A stretch of DNA of 64,000 bases. Origin: an uncultured Nitrospiraceae bacterium (lineage in GTDB: Bacteria > Nitrospirota > Thermodesulfovibrionia > Thermodesulfovibrionales > Dissulfurispiraceae). Below are positions 48,800-59,334 of this stretch, piece after piece. The notes below the pieces were generated by a model. That model worked only from the letters and a program-made list of their open reading frames with translations, was not told the origin of the DNA and made no database searches. Every line of letters begins with the position of its first letter. The first letter of the stretch is position 1. The stretch is taken from positions 1,248,001 through 1,312,000 of the forward strand of contig CAVSHF010000003.1 in assembly GCA_963727805.1 (NCBI GenBank). The letters are read 5' to 3'. A program made the translations under genes and the position numbers.

Positions 48800-50962
48800 C
48801 TATGATATCAGGTCGCTTTGTACAGGTATTGTGAAATAAAATGTCGAACCACTGCCCGATTTTGAATCTGCCCAGATCCCTCCACCATGGCGCTCTACGA
48901 CCTTCTTGCAGATTGCCAAGCCTATTCCGGTTCCTGGGTATTTTTTCCTGTCGTGAAGACGCTGAAAAATTAAAAAAATGCGCCCAAAATATTCAGGCTC
49001 TATGCCGATACCGTTATCACGGATGGAAAAGACCCATTCATCTTCTTGCTGATCAGCCGAAATATGGATACAAGGTGCCCGGTCCCCGCAAAACTTGATA
49101 GCATTACCGATAAGGTTCTGGAAAAGTTGCACAAGTTGGATGTCATCCCCCATAACTACAGGCAGCGGATCCCGCGTAACCAACGCACCGCTCTGTTTAA
49201 TAATCACCTGCAAGTTAGACAGCGCACGATCAAGCGCAACCTCACTGGATACCTGCTTGAATTGTTTTCCCCGGGACCCTACCCGCGAATAGGCAAGAAG
49301 ATCGGTGATCAACCTTTGCATACGATTCGCACCATCCACCGCATAATTGATGAAATCGTCAGCGTCCTGATCGAGTTTCCCTTTATAGCGTTTCTCCAAA
49401 AGTTGGACGAAGCTTGATACCATGCGGAGCGGTTCCTGCAAGTCGTGCGACGCTATATAGGCGAATTGTTCCAATTCTGCATTGGAACGGGCCAATTCAG
49501 CCATAGCATGTGTTAGCTTTTCCTCCGCGCGTTTGCGCTCGGTTATGTCCCTAAAAGTTACAACTGCTCCAACAAGTTTGCCGTCTTCCTTAATAGGAGT
49601 ACTGGTATATGCGACCGGAAAAGATGAATGGTCCTTTCTCCAAAAAACCTCGTCTCTCACATGATGAATAGAACCGTCCTTAATGGCTTTGTATATTGGG
49701 CATTCATCTTCTGGATATGGACTCCCATCTGCTTTTGTGTGATGACACATTGCATGGCTATGTTTATTCAGGAGTTCCTCAATTGCATATCCAAGCATTT
49801 CAGCGGCAACAGGATTAACAAAAGTATGATTCCCGTCTGAATCCAATCCGAATATCCCTTCCCCCGCTGAGTTTAAAAGCAGTTCCTTCTCAATTCTAAG
49901 TCGTTCAATTTTCTGTTCTGCATGCTTGCGCTCCTCAATTTCTAGAGATAGTTGTATATTCGAATCATTTAATTCAGCGGTTCGGTCCTTAACCCTTGTT
50001 TCCAATTCCTCTGTGAACTTCTGCAGTGAATAAATCAATTCTGATCTTTTATGTGCAAAATAAACACCTGTCAAAAGCATCATTGATGCAAAAGCAAAAA
50101 GCCCAAAGGTTATTTCCCGTAGTGGTGCGAAAGCCTCTTTCTCTAGTCTCTCAACAACTACTCCCCATCCATTTCCCTCAACCGGATGATATGCCGTAAG
50201 CATACGCTGCCCATCAGGACTTGAAAATGTCTCAACACCTGCCTTCCCTTGCTTGACTTTCTGCACCGCTGGAATACTGGAGAAATCAATAATCCGATCT
50301 ACTGTGTACTTGGGGTGGTATATTAAATTGCCATTCTTATCAACCACGTAAGCTGTCTGATTTTGTGGAGCATGTATATAAGATACTGCGTTTTTAACAT
50401 AATTCTCTTCCGGCTGCAATCCAAGAATGCCTATGATGCTATTGTCATCAGCCCTTATGGGTAAGGATATGGAAAAAACATACCTCTGAGGGGTACCAGC
50501 TCTCAGGTAAAATTCTGAGGCATAAGGCTGCCAGTTTTTGGAAACCCCTTTATACCAATCTCTCTGACTGAAATCCCTTTCAACTAACAAAGGATCATCC
50601 GGATAAACAGCAAGCAAAATGCCCCTGGAATTTGTTATAAATGCTGTCTCAATGGTGACAGAATGTTCAATATATTCCTTCAGGTGCCTTGTTATCTCTT
50701 TTCTGTCAGTACTTTTAATCGCCGCTATGAGAGATCTTCTTATGACAAGGAGATTGCCCAAGCGCACCTCGTTATCTATTTTCTCTTTTATATCATCTGC
50801 GACAGCAAGAGCAGACTGTTGGTTCTCTGTTATAACGATATCTTCAATGTAATTGGCGCTCTGAAAATAAATGAATACGGTAAGACCAATAATAGGAATC
50901 GCAGTGATGATTAATCCCGATAATATAACCCTCCATTTTTTCTGCAAAGACCATTTCTTCAT
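48800..50962 (-). CDS. Membrane sensor histidine kinase (dCache-PAS-HisKA-HATPase)
   Basis: Two TMs around Cache domain (DFSQRDWY, YVVD..G.LIYHP), PAS, FAYIASHDLQEPLR, NLIGNAIKF, DNGIG, GTGIGLAI. Confidence 0.93.
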   Translation of the reverse strand: MKKWSLQKKWRVILSGLIITAIPIIGLTVFIYFQSANYIEDIVITENQQSALAVADDIKEKIDNEVRLGNLLVIRRSLIAAIKSTDRKEITRHLKEYIEHSVTIETAFITNSRGILLAVYPDDPLLVERDFSQRDWYKGVSKNWQPYASEFYLRAGTPQRYVFSISLPIRADDNSIIGILGLQPEENYVKNAVSYIHAPQNQTAYVVDKNGNLIYHPKYTVDRIIDFSSIPAVQKVKQGKAGVETFSSPDGQRMLTAYHPVEGNGWGVVVERLEKEAFAPLREITFGLFAFASMMLLTGVYFAHKRSELIYSLQKFTEELETRVKDRTAELNDSNIQLSLEIEERKHAEQKIERLRIEKELLLNSAGEGIFGLDSDGNHTFVNPVAAEMLGYAIEELLNKHSHAMCHHTKADGSPYPEDECPIYKAIKDGSIHHVRDEVFWRKDHSSFPVAYTSTPIKEDGKLVGAVVTFRDITERKRAEEKLTHAMAELARSNAELEQFAYIASHDLQEPLRMVSSFVQLLEKRYKGKLDQDADDFINYAVDGANRMQRLITDLLAYSRVGSRGKQFKQVSSEVALDRALSNLQVIIKQSGALVTRDPLPVVMGDDIQLVQLFQNLIGNAIKFCGDRAPCIHISADQQEDEWVFSIRDNGIGIEPEYFGRIFLIFQRLHDRKKYPGTGIGLAICKKVVERHGGGIWADSKSGSGSTFYFTIPVQSDLIS

Positions 50963-51199
50963 TTATGGATCCTGCAGCATAGAGAGTGCCTATACATTAA
51001 AGGTATCATCATTTGTCCCAAAGTTAATTGTTGATCTTGATCTGCAATCGTCACATCTTAGCACACTTCGAAATCTGAATCATTGTCACTCCTGATTTTA
51101 CAGATCGTTATGCCATGAATGACATGCTTGAATTGGTGATTTCTCACGGTTTGACGTCCACCTCTTCAACTTATATTGCCCACCTGACTAGTCGATTGT

Positions 51200-52666
51200 T
51201 CATTCTGCCGCTATAGTTAAATAAATTGTCGAGCCTGCTCTAAATATGAGCAAAAGAATATCCTCACCGGACTGAATCTTCGATACTACCCTCTCATAAT
51301 CTTTCAAAGACCAAATCTTCTTTTTATTGATCTCAAGTATTACGTCATATTGACCCAATATGCTCGCGGCGGGACTACCTGATCCGACACCGGTGACGAT
51401 GACTCCCACCATGCGCTTAGGCATATTCAGTCTCTTTTTCATCTCCGGAGTAACATCTTCGACGTGAATGTCCCTCAGAAGATTGTCGTATGCTTTTGAC
51501 ATCTTCTGCAGAGAAACTGGGAGCTCGCCGATAGCACTATTTACCGTCTTCAGTTTCCCTTCACGCTGAATCTTTATTGCAACCATCTGGTGGGGTGAAG
51601 TGCCTGCAACCATATTCCTGAGTGCTGTTGGGTCGGGGACCTCTTTCCCGTCATATTCAATGATCACGTCTCCCCTTTGGATGCCAGCTTTCTCCGCAGG
51701 GCTGCCCTCAGTGACATCTCCGACGAGCGCACCCTTTTCTTCCTTTAGTCCAAACTGCTTTGCAATTTCAGAAGTCACTGGCTGAATCGACACGCCAAGC
51801 CATCCCCTGACAACTTTTCCACTCTTGATTAGACTGTTCATCACCACTTTAGCCAAATCGCTGGGTATGGCAAAGCCCACGCCCTGGTAACCACCCGAGG
51901 TACTAAATATAGCGGTATTGATTCCTATAAGTTCCCCGCGTATGTTCACCAAAGCCCCACCAGAGTTTCCGGGATTAATCGCTGCATCTGTCTGTATGAA
52001 ATCCTCGTAATCAGTGATGCCAACATTAGCCCTTCCGATAGCGCTTACTATTCCCGAAGTCACAGTCTGGCTCAAGCCGAAGGGGTTGCCGACCGCCAGT
52101 ACGGTCTCACCCACTTTCATTTTACTGGAGTCTCCTATTTTAATTACTGGCAGATTGTGAGCATCGATCCGAATGATTGCGAGGTCAGTCTTAGGGTCAG
52201 TTCCGATGACCTTGCCTTTGAACTCACGTTTGTCTGAGAGCCTGATCTTTATCTCATCAGCATCTTTTATGACATGATTATTGGTGAGAATATACCCGTT
52301 CTTTTCGACGATAACGCCAGAACCGAGACTAGACTGCTTAAACTCTCTAGGTTTTTGGAGCCCGTTGAACTCTTCGCCGAAGAATCGTCTAAAGAGAGGA
52401 TCATTGAAAAAGGGATGCTGTGTCCCTCGTGCTTGAATGGAGTAGGTGGACGATATATTGACAACCGTAGGTTTGACTACTGCAACTACTTCGGCCATAG
52501 CCTGATCCACTTTGGAGAGTACATCAATAGATTCCTTCGATATCGTCGGCTGTTCGGAAGTGGCCATAGAGCTCAGATTGAGACTTGTTGATATCCCAAG
52601 TCCAATGATAATGCCTGCAATGGCAAACATTCCTGCAATGAGTAGCAGCTTTTTTCTTACTACCAT
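51200..52666 (-). CDS. degP: DegP/DegQ (Do) serine protease with two PDZ domains
   Basis: LGSGV, TNNHV, TDLA, QTDAAINPGNSGG; AAGGAG before ATG 52666. Confidence 0.93.
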   Translation of the reverse strand: MVVRKKLLLIAGMFAIAGIIIGLGISTSLNLSSMATSEQPTISKESIDVLSKVDQAMAEVVAVVKPTVVNISSTYSIQARGTQHPFFNDPLFRRFFGEEFNGLQKPREFKQSSLGSGVIVEKNGYILTNNHVIKDADEIKIRLSDKREFKGKVIGTDPKTDLAIIRIDAHNLPVIKIGDSSKMKVGETVLAVGNPFGLSQTVTSGIVSAIGRANVGITDYEDFIQTDAAINPGNSGGALVNIRGELIGINTAIFSTSGGYQGVGFAIPSDLAKVVMNSLIKSGKVVRGWLGVSIQPVTSEIAKQFGLKEEKGALVGDVTEGSPAEKAGIQRGDVIIEYDGKEVPDPTALRNMVAGTSPHQMVAIKIQREGKLKTVNSAIGELPVSLQKMSKAYDNLLRDIHVEDVTPEMKKRLNMPKRMVGVIVTGVGSGSPAASILGQYDVILEINKKKIWSLKDYERVVSKIQSGEDILLLIFRAGSTIYLTIAAE

Positions 52667-52866
52667 TTTTGATCTCCTTACATTATTACGTATATCGTTT
52701 ACCCAAAGCAAATCGTTGATATTTTATCCAAATGAGGCAGAAGCCCGCTCCGTCACGGTTGCGCCATTTTTTGAACTGCAACAAGCTAATCCATCGCACA
52801 AAAGAAGGCCGAGCAAATCTCATACTTAGAGGATCATTAAATGCTCATATGTGTTTCATTCAGCAC

Positions 52867-53358
52867 TTACTCGATCATAACTGCAATTTTCTTGGGTTTA
52901 TCTCGATCTTTAGCCGACTTTGGAAGTGTCACTGTCAACACTCCTTTTTTGAGTTGGGCTGCAATCTTGTCTTTATCAACTTCGACAGGAAGAAGAATGG
53001 TGCGGCTAAACGAACCATAGGAACGTTCCATGCGGTAATAGGCCTTTCCCTCCTGTTCTTTCTCTGCCTTTTTTTCACCTCTGATTGTCAGTGTGTTGTT
53101 ATTAAGCAAGACTTCTATATCGTCGTCATCTATTCCGGGAAGCTCGGCACGAACCGTGATGTCCCTAACATTCTCCGTAACGTCAACCTTGGGACTGAAG
53201 ATACCTTGACGGTCTTCAACAGGCTCCATATGGACTCCGCCGAAATAATCATCAAACAGAGAATCGATTCTATGCCGCAGAAGGCTAAAAGAATTCTCAT
53301 CCTCGCTTTTCCCGGGGACACTATTCTTTCTAGATGTCACAAGGCTTTTGATAGCCAT
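52867..53358 (-). CDS. Hsp20/alpha-crystallin protein
   Basis: VDV.E, AELPG, ERSYGSF.R, GVL.V.LPK. Confidence 0.93.
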   Translation of the reverse strand: MAIKSLVTSRKNSVPGKSEDENSFSLLRHRIDSLFDDYFGGVHMEPVEDRQGIFSPKVDVTENVRDITVRAELPGIDDDDIEVLLNNNTLTIRGEKKAEKEQEGKAYYRMERSYGSFSRTILLPVEVDKDKIAAQLKKGVLTVTLPKSAKDRDKPKKIAVMIE

Positions 53359-53389
53359 AGCAAATACCTCCATCTTCAGGATTTACTCC

Positions 53390-53824
53390 TCACTTTACCA
53401 GGTCAATGACTCCACCGTCGCCCTCAGCCATTACCTGAATTTTATTTGTTTTAGCCGTCTCTGCCTTGGGCAGAATGATTTTCAAAATGCCGTTCTTAAC
53501 TGTTGCATGAATTTTGTCCCTGTCAACCTCATCAGTCAGAGTAAAGACCCTTTGATAATCGCCGATTCCATATTCTGCTTTGGCAAGCCTAAAATTCTGC
53601 GGTATTTCTGCTTCAACTCTTCCATAAATGGTAAGGACATTTTTCTCCAACGTTATATCAACAGTATTTTCGTCCACGCCAGACATATCAGCGATAACAA
53701 CAATGTCATTTCTCTTTTCCAGAATATTTACATTTGGTGCGTACATCCTCCTATCACTTGTACGCTCGCCTTGCTCAGGTGTTTTAGCCTCCTGTTTCCG
53801 CATCTCTTTTTTCGGCTCAGTCAT
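53390..53824 (-). CDS. Hsp20/alpha-crystallin protein
   Basis: P.VNI.E, ADMSGV, GDYQR.F, NGIL...LPK. Confidence 0.92.
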   Translation of the reverse strand: MTEPKKEMRKQEAKTPEQGERTSDRRMYAPNVNILEKRNDIVVIADMSGVDENTVDITLEKNVLTIYGRVEAEIPQNFRLAKAEYGIGDYQRVFTLTDEVDRDKIHATVKNGILKIILPKAETAKTNKIQVMAEGDGGVIDLVK

Positions 53825-53845
53825 GATCAGTTCGCCCCCCTCGAA

Positions 53846-54277
53846 TTATTCCGACTTTATTGATATCTTCCTGGGTTTGTCAGCTTCTGCACGGGGTAGC
53901 GATATCGACAAAATTCCTTTTGCATATTTTGTTTCTACTTTCTTGACCTCTACAGGGAACGAAAGCTCAAGAGTCTTAGTGAACTGTCCCTGCCATCTTT
54001 CTCTTCGGTGATAGGATTCGCTTTCAATAAGCCCGTCCGGTTGACGAGACCCACGCAGCGTGAGCGCATCGTTGATGACAGAAATATCTATGGCCTTAGG
54101 ATCTATCCCAGGTAATTCTGTCGTTACCAGTGCAAGATCGGCCGCAATCCAAACATTCACTGCAGGGAATTCGGCAGTTTGCGGGGTCACATGCCCTAAT
54201 GCAAACCGATTCGTACGCTCAAACTCAAGCCATGGATCAAGCCATCTGCCGAACCTATCCAAATCGTACCATAACAT
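53846..54277 (-). CDS. Hsp20/alpha-crystallin protein
   Basis: FPAVNV, ELPGID, RRER..G.F, GIL.I.LPR; AGGAGG RBS. Confidence 0.92.
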   Translation of the reverse strand: MLWYDLDRFGRWLDPWLEFERTNRFALGHVTPQTAEFPAVNVWIAADLALVTTELPGIDPKAIDISVINDALTLRGSRQPDGLIESESYHRRERWQGQFTKTLELSFPVEVKKVETKYAKGILSISLPRAEADKPRKISIKSE

Positions 54278-54303
54278 ATGCGTTACCTCCTGTTTACCAA
54301 CAA

Positions 54304-54330
54304 TTAGCACTCGCGAGCCTAGAGTGCTAA
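54304..54330. promoter_or_regulatory. CIRCE element (HrcA operator)
   Basis: Perfect TTAGCACTC-GCGAGCCTA-GAGTGCTAA upstream of first hsp20. Confidence 0.96.
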
Positions 54331-54334
54331 TTGT

Positions 54335-54363
54335 TATTTAACAAAAAATTAAGAGTTTGTCAA
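54335..54363 (-). promoter_or_regulatory. Putative sigma70 promoter of the hsp20 operon
   Basis: TTGACA at 54363-54358, AT-rich -10 (TTAAAT) 16 nt downstream, just before CIRCE. Confidence 0.55.
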
Positions 54364-54740
54364 GATCATTTAATTCATTTATTATTCAATAGGTTAATGC
54401 ATTGAGAAATGAAATAATTGTTTGAAAGATATTCTATTTTATCATCTTCATCAGGCAATCCGACGATATAAATCCGAATTATTGGGTCTTATCTTAAAAT
54501 AGAATTACTCCATTTTCCCAGTGGTAAGACTGATATGGATTTAACTTCAAACACATACAAGCCTATCAACGGCTTTACTAAGGTATTCGCGACGGGCTCG
54601 CAGGGCGAAATGTGAAAATTTTAGAAGTTCTATAAGCAACCGTGAACAGGGAATACGTTTAGCTTTTATTTTCTGCTACAATGGATTAAGAGAAGACATT
54701 TTTTGACGGATACCAAAAATAATTTTTGAGGAGGAACAGT

Positions 54741-55856
54741 ATGGCCACTTTATTTGATCCTACAGAGATCAATGGTATGAATCTTCAAAATCGCCTTATC
54801 CGCTCAGCCACTTGGGAAGGGATGTGCGACGCCGAAGGCCGTCCCACGAGCAAATTGATCAATTATTACCAAACCCTTGCCAAGGGTAGGATTGGTCTGA
54901 TTATAAGCGGGTATACCTTTATCAGGAAGGAGGGCAAGCAACTTCCCAGTCAAATGGGCCTCTATACTGAAGATTTTGCCCCTGAAATGAAAGCCCTTGC
55001 CAAGGCGGTGCATGATGAAGGCGGGAAAATCTGCATCCAGTTGGTTCATGCAGGCGGGCAGACAGACTCGGCCACAGCTGGCCGTCGCCCCCTTGCACCA
55101 TCCTCAGTGAGAATAGCACAGTTTCCTGAAGTCCCTCGGAAGCTGTCTAAAGAAGATATAGTTGAAATTGTAGTCGCGTTTGGTGATGCTGCCAGACGGG
55201 CACAAGCCTTTGGCTTTGACGCTATCCAGCTTCACGGAGCACACGGCTATTTGATCAACCAGTTCCTCTCTCCCCTAACCAACAGACGCACAGACTCATA
55301 CGGCGGTAGTATTGAAAACCGATGCCGTTTTCTCCTTGAAGTATACCGCATTGTACGTCAAACTGTAGGGAACGATTACCCAGTGATGATCAAACTCAAC
55401 GGTGCCGATTTCGTAGACGGCGGCCTATCTGTTGAAGATGCGGTATTTGCTGCCAACATCCTTGATCGCGAAGGGATAGATGCCATTGAGGTAAGCGGAG
55501 GCACCTCAGCCTCAGGCAATAAAACCCCTGTGCGAACAAAAATTAAGCACCCTACACAGGAGGCATACAATCTGGAACAGGCCAAAAAGATCAAAGTCGC
55601 GGTTAGCTGTCCTGTGGTCGTGGTTGGCGGTTACAGAAGCTTCGAGGTGGCTGATCAATCCATTCGGAAGGAACGGATGGATTACATTGCCATGGCGCGG
55701 CCTTTCATCAGAGAGCCCAATTTAGTTCAGCGGTGGCAGCAGGGCGACACCTCGGTGGCCAAATGCATTTCTTGCAACGGCTGCTTTAAACCTGGTCTGA
55801 AAGAAGGTGGCATTTACTGCGTGGTAGATGCAAAAGAAAAATTAAAAAAGAGATAG
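54741..55856 (+). CDS. Old yellow enzyme family NADH:flavin oxidoreductase
   Basis: NRLIRSAT, QLVHAG, QLHGAHGYLINQFLSP, RTD.YGGS.ENR; C-terminal CISCNGC..C. Confidence 0.92.
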   Translation: MATLFDPTEINGMNLQNRLIRSATWEGMCDAEGRPTSKLINYYQTLAKGRIGLIISGYTFIRKEGKQLPSQMGLYTEDFAPEMKALAKAVHDEGGKICIQLVHAGGQTDSATAGRRPLAPSSVRIAQFPEVPRKLSKEDIVEIVVAFGDAARRAQAFGFDAIQLHGAHGYLINQFLSPLTNRRTDSYGGSIENRCRFLLEVYRIVRQTVGNDYPVMIKLNGADFVDGGLSVEDAVFAANILDREGIDAIEVSGGTSASGNKTPVRTKIKHPTQEAYNLEQAKKIKVAVSCPVVVVGGYRSFEVADQSIRKERMDYIAMARPFIREPNLVQRWQQGDTSVAKCISCNGCFKPGLKEGGIYCVVDAKEKLKKR

Positions 55857-55960
55857 TAAAATCGGTTAACCACATATTTACTGAGTCGTTGAGCTCATCC
55901 TGTGTTGTAATGCATGTCATTTTGACTGAATGTTAGTTACACCTATGCGAATAAAGGCGG

Positions 55961-57709
55961 TTAATAAGTAATTCCAGCGCTTTCCCCGAAGCTGTCAAGG
56001 ACCGGACCCGGAAATACCGGCTGAATACAAATACACGTACCTTCAAAATCATCACCAGTAGCCAGCTTCAGCGGCGTGTTTTTTTGTATGGCGTTGCTAC
56101 CATCCAACCAGGATTCAAAGCGCTCCTGATTTTGGATTACAACCTGATACGGGAAACACGCGAAGGCTTGATCAAGATGGAATTTAACCCCTTCGAAATC
56201 ATTGCGTGCCGCGGCAATGCAGGCATGTAAATTATGGACAAGCCCCGGCAGAAAATATCCCAGCTGCACTGCTCGCAACAGATGACGCTCCGCGGCATCC
56301 GGATTTCCCTCATGCAGATAAGCTCGGCACAAATCCACATGCAATAAATGCATTTCAGGGAGCCAGGCTGAAGCAGCCTGGCATTCTTCAACACCGTATT
56401 TCCAGATGTTCTGAATGCCTGGCATGGTACGGAGAGCTTTACGAATTCGTATTTCATCATCTTTGTGGCCGGCAAAACAGGTAAGACAAAAAAAATCTCT
56501 GGTGAAATATATTTCCGGCGAAACAAGTCCTTGCCTTTGAAAAATATCAAATTCTTCTGTTCCTGGATAAAGGTGGAGCTGCGAAAAGACGAATTGATTG
56601 GGGTTAGCCTTATTAATATAATCCAGACTCTGCTGGAATGTCTTTTGAGTCTCTCCCCGGTTCCCCACCATCATGTAATATCGGGTTTGAATGCCGTATT
56701 TTTTTGCCGTCCTGGTCACATCGAACAGCTTGTTCAACGAGAGCCTTTTTTTTATGTTTTTCAAAATGATATTTGAAGCAGATTCTACCCCCACGCTGAT
56801 CCTTATGCATCCGGACCGCCGCATCTCATACAGCAGCTCGTCATCCAAATAGTCTGCCCTTGTATCGCAGCTCCAGACAAATTCAAGTTGCCGTTTTCGA
56901 ATCCCCTCACAAATAGCCAGCACCCTGGGCTTGTTCGCCGTAAACGTATCATCTTTGAACGAGATAATCCTCTGACCATGCCGATTAACTGCGGTCTCCA
57001 GCATATCCAGTACATATGCCGCCGAGTGGAACCGTACTCGTTTTCCCCACATCAGACTGCTGCTGCAGAATGTGCACTGCATCGGACACCCGCGAGAAGT
57101 CAAAATAGTGCGCATGTTGAAATAGTCACATGGTGAAGCCAATACGTCCAGATCCCTAATCTGCTCTCGCGGCGGACCAAGTTGATAACCATGCGGACTT
57201 CGCCAGGCTGTTCCCGGAATCCCCCAGATAGGTTTGTCTTCCTCCAGGCATCGAATGATGTCCAGGAACGTTTGCTCGCCTTCGCCAACTATGACGGTAT
57301 CGATCGCCGGAATATGTCGAAGGGTTTCGATTGGCAATGCCGTGACATGAGGTCCGCCGACCACGATGTGGGACCTTGGGTGAACTTCATGGATCAACTG
57401 AGCCAACATCGCCACCCCGCGCCGATTTGCTGTCATGCATGAAAGCCCAAACAAGTCTGCATCAAGGCGACGAATGAGGATCTCGATAGCCGGCCAGGGG
57501 AAATTGGAAATATTAAATATCAGAACGCTCAGTCCATTCTTCAATGCTTGCGCCGCCAGCGAAAGCAGACCGTAAGGTGCCTGAATAAAATCACCTTCAT
57601 TCACAGCTGCAGCATCCACATTGTCCGGTGCACCTTCTCCGGAAGGATAGGCTGGATAGCCATCCAATGCAATTTTCCAGGGCGGTGCATATAACAGGAC
57701 AACTTTCAT
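55961..57709 (-). CDS. Cobalamin-binding radical SAM protein with helical C-terminal region
   Basis: PYGLLSLAA, VGGPHVT, GEGE, SRGCPMQCTFC, GVES. Confidence 0.9.
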   Translation of the reverse strand: MKVVLLYAPPWKIALDGYPAYPSGEGAPDNVDAAAVNEGDFIQAPYGLLSLAAQALKNGLSVLIFNISNFPWPAIEILIRRLDADLFGLSCMTANRRGVAMLAQLIHEVHPRSHIVVGGPHVTALPIETLRHIPAIDTVIVGEGEQTFLDIIRCLEEDKPIWGIPGTAWRSPHGYQLGPPREQIRDLDVLASPCDYFNMRTILTSRGCPMQCTFCSSSLMWGKRVRFHSAAYVLDMLETAVNRHGQRIISFKDDTFTANKPRVLAICEGIRKRQLEFVWSCDTRADYLDDELLYEMRRSGCIRISVGVESASNIILKNIKKRLSLNKLFDVTRTAKKYGIQTRYYMMVGNRGETQKTFQQSLDYINKANPNQFVFSQLHLYPGTEEFDIFQRQGLVSPEIYFTRDFFCLTCFAGHKDDEIRIRKALRTMPGIQNIWKYGVEECQAASAWLPEMHLLHVDLCRAYLHEGNPDAAERHLLRAVQLGYFLPGLVHNLHACIAAARNDFEGVKFHLDQAFACFPYQVVIQNQERFESWLDGSNAIQKNTPLKLATGDDFEGTCICIQPVFPGPVLDSFGESAGITY

Positions 57710-57810
57710 GACTAGTTATTCAATTTTAATGCAAGCGAACCTGCTGGGAATCACAGTCAATTAACCTTTCATTGCGAGCGGCATCATTAGTGTGGTAGAA
57801 ACCCCTCAAC

Positions 57811-57841
57811 AAAAAAGCCCAGGCAGAACCAGGGCTTTTTT
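57811..57841. terminator. Intrinsic terminator (bidirectional form) after the lipoprotein gene
   Basis: AAAAAAGCCC-aGG-cagaa-CCa-GGGCTTTTTT. Confidence 0.75.
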
Positions 57842-57857
57842 GCAGGCTAAAATAATA

Positions 57858-58346
57858 CTATCTCTGAGATGCAGGCGCTGCCGGCGGAGTTGGACAGGGA
57901 CCAAGATACTTGCCCTTCATAGTCATCTTCATCGTCATCTCCTTGCCTTCCACCTTCATGACCGATTCCATGAGACCATCATAACTGGTACCAGCGTAAG
58001 TAATGGTTCCCTTGCTCGTTGCGTTCGGACAGACAATCGTCCACGTAACGGTATTGCCAACTGTCGTCATGTCCTGCATTTTGCAGCCTGACTCTTCCTT
58101 GACCTTTGCAATCGGCTCTCTCTGCGTAAGGCACGTGGTCATGATATGGGGCTTTGCCATGCTGGCCGGCATACCAGGCATTTCATTGGTTACGGTAACC
58201 TCCCACTGCCCTTCCTGCATATTTACCTTAGGCTGGGCAGGCGCAGGTGCCCGAGCACCGTCTTTTGGTTTCTCACCGCAGGCAGTCAGTGAAAGAGCAA
58301 AAAAAAGCATCAACACCAACAAAAAAAGTCTCATAAAAGGTTTCAT
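57858..58346 (-). CDS. DUF3617-like lipoprotein
   Basis: Lipobox LTAC; G.WEVT..EMPGM, TTC.T, C, W.I.C, GKYLGPC. Confidence 0.8.
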   Translation of the reverse strand: MKPFMRLFLLVLMLFFALSLTACGEKPKDGARAPAPAQPKVNMQEGQWEVTVTNEMPGMPASMAKPHIMTTCLTQREPIAKVKEESGCKMQDMTTVGNTVTWTIVCPNATSKGTITYAGTSYDGLMESVMKVEGKEMTMKMTMKGKYLGPCPTPPAAPASQR

Positions 58347-59334
58347 CCTGTTCCCCTTCCTTGCCGATCTTGCACCGGCGCTTAAGATGACTGATAGGAA
58401 TTTGCTTTTTCAGTATGAAAGAAGAATAACACGAGAAAAGGAAATTATCAATATGAAGTGCAGGAAATTTATACGGAATATTTTTCGAACACTTCAATTC
58501 GGAGCAATTTTTGATGCATGCACAGAAAGTCCCATTTCGATCATAGTGATGTCCCGCCTCGCATCCTGCTTTTGTTGAGATAGATTGCCGCATCGCGTGC
58601 CTTTGACAACTTACGTAGCACCACCATAAAAAAACTTGCTGCCGGGGTCTTATATATTTGACGATCAGTCTGTTGAGATTGCTGATGTCTTTCTTTATCT
58701 TATTCGTCTTGGCCTCCTGGAGATACCTCATCCATCCACTTAGGACAATACTCTTGAGAATCTCATCGAGGCAATAGAGCGCCATATAAAAATAATTTTT
58801 TCTGTCCGCTATATGGTTCATCATGAAACCCTCAGCGAGGTAGGAAGGATGGACAAGGTACTATTCCGATCTCTCTAGGTACGTGCGACTTCGGATCTGC
58901 TTTACCCGTCAGCGGTGCGTTAGACCTCCATTTATAGATAAGAAGTGAGCATGCTGATATTATTATGTCTTCCCGCTTGAGCCCTTCCGGAACAATTTAC
59001 TTATCAGTCGTTCTGGTTCTATCTTCTGCAGTCTTTTGTCATCAATGATAGACCTAGTCTGTGAACGTTAAGTAATATTCAATTAAGTTATCCATTTTCT
59101 TTTTATCTTATGTGTGTATTCTGTCAACACTCATGTTATATTAAATAAATTACATAAGGCTTTCAGAGAACTCAGCTGACCCATTCTGGACTGCGCTTTT
59201 CGCGTATCTTCAAAGCTCTTTTTTGATAATCTCTGAATTTACAGCATATTATACTATGAACCACCGGTTCTTTTTATCTGGTACATTTATTGGTTAAATT
59301 AAGTGATTTTGAGCCAATTTCAAGGAGGAACTTC

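Noticed and set aside
58273..59045. 183-aa minus-strand ORF and upstream stop-interrupted frame
   Set aside because: Overlaps the lipoprotein gene and has no recognisable motif; may be a decayed gene but I cannot assign it
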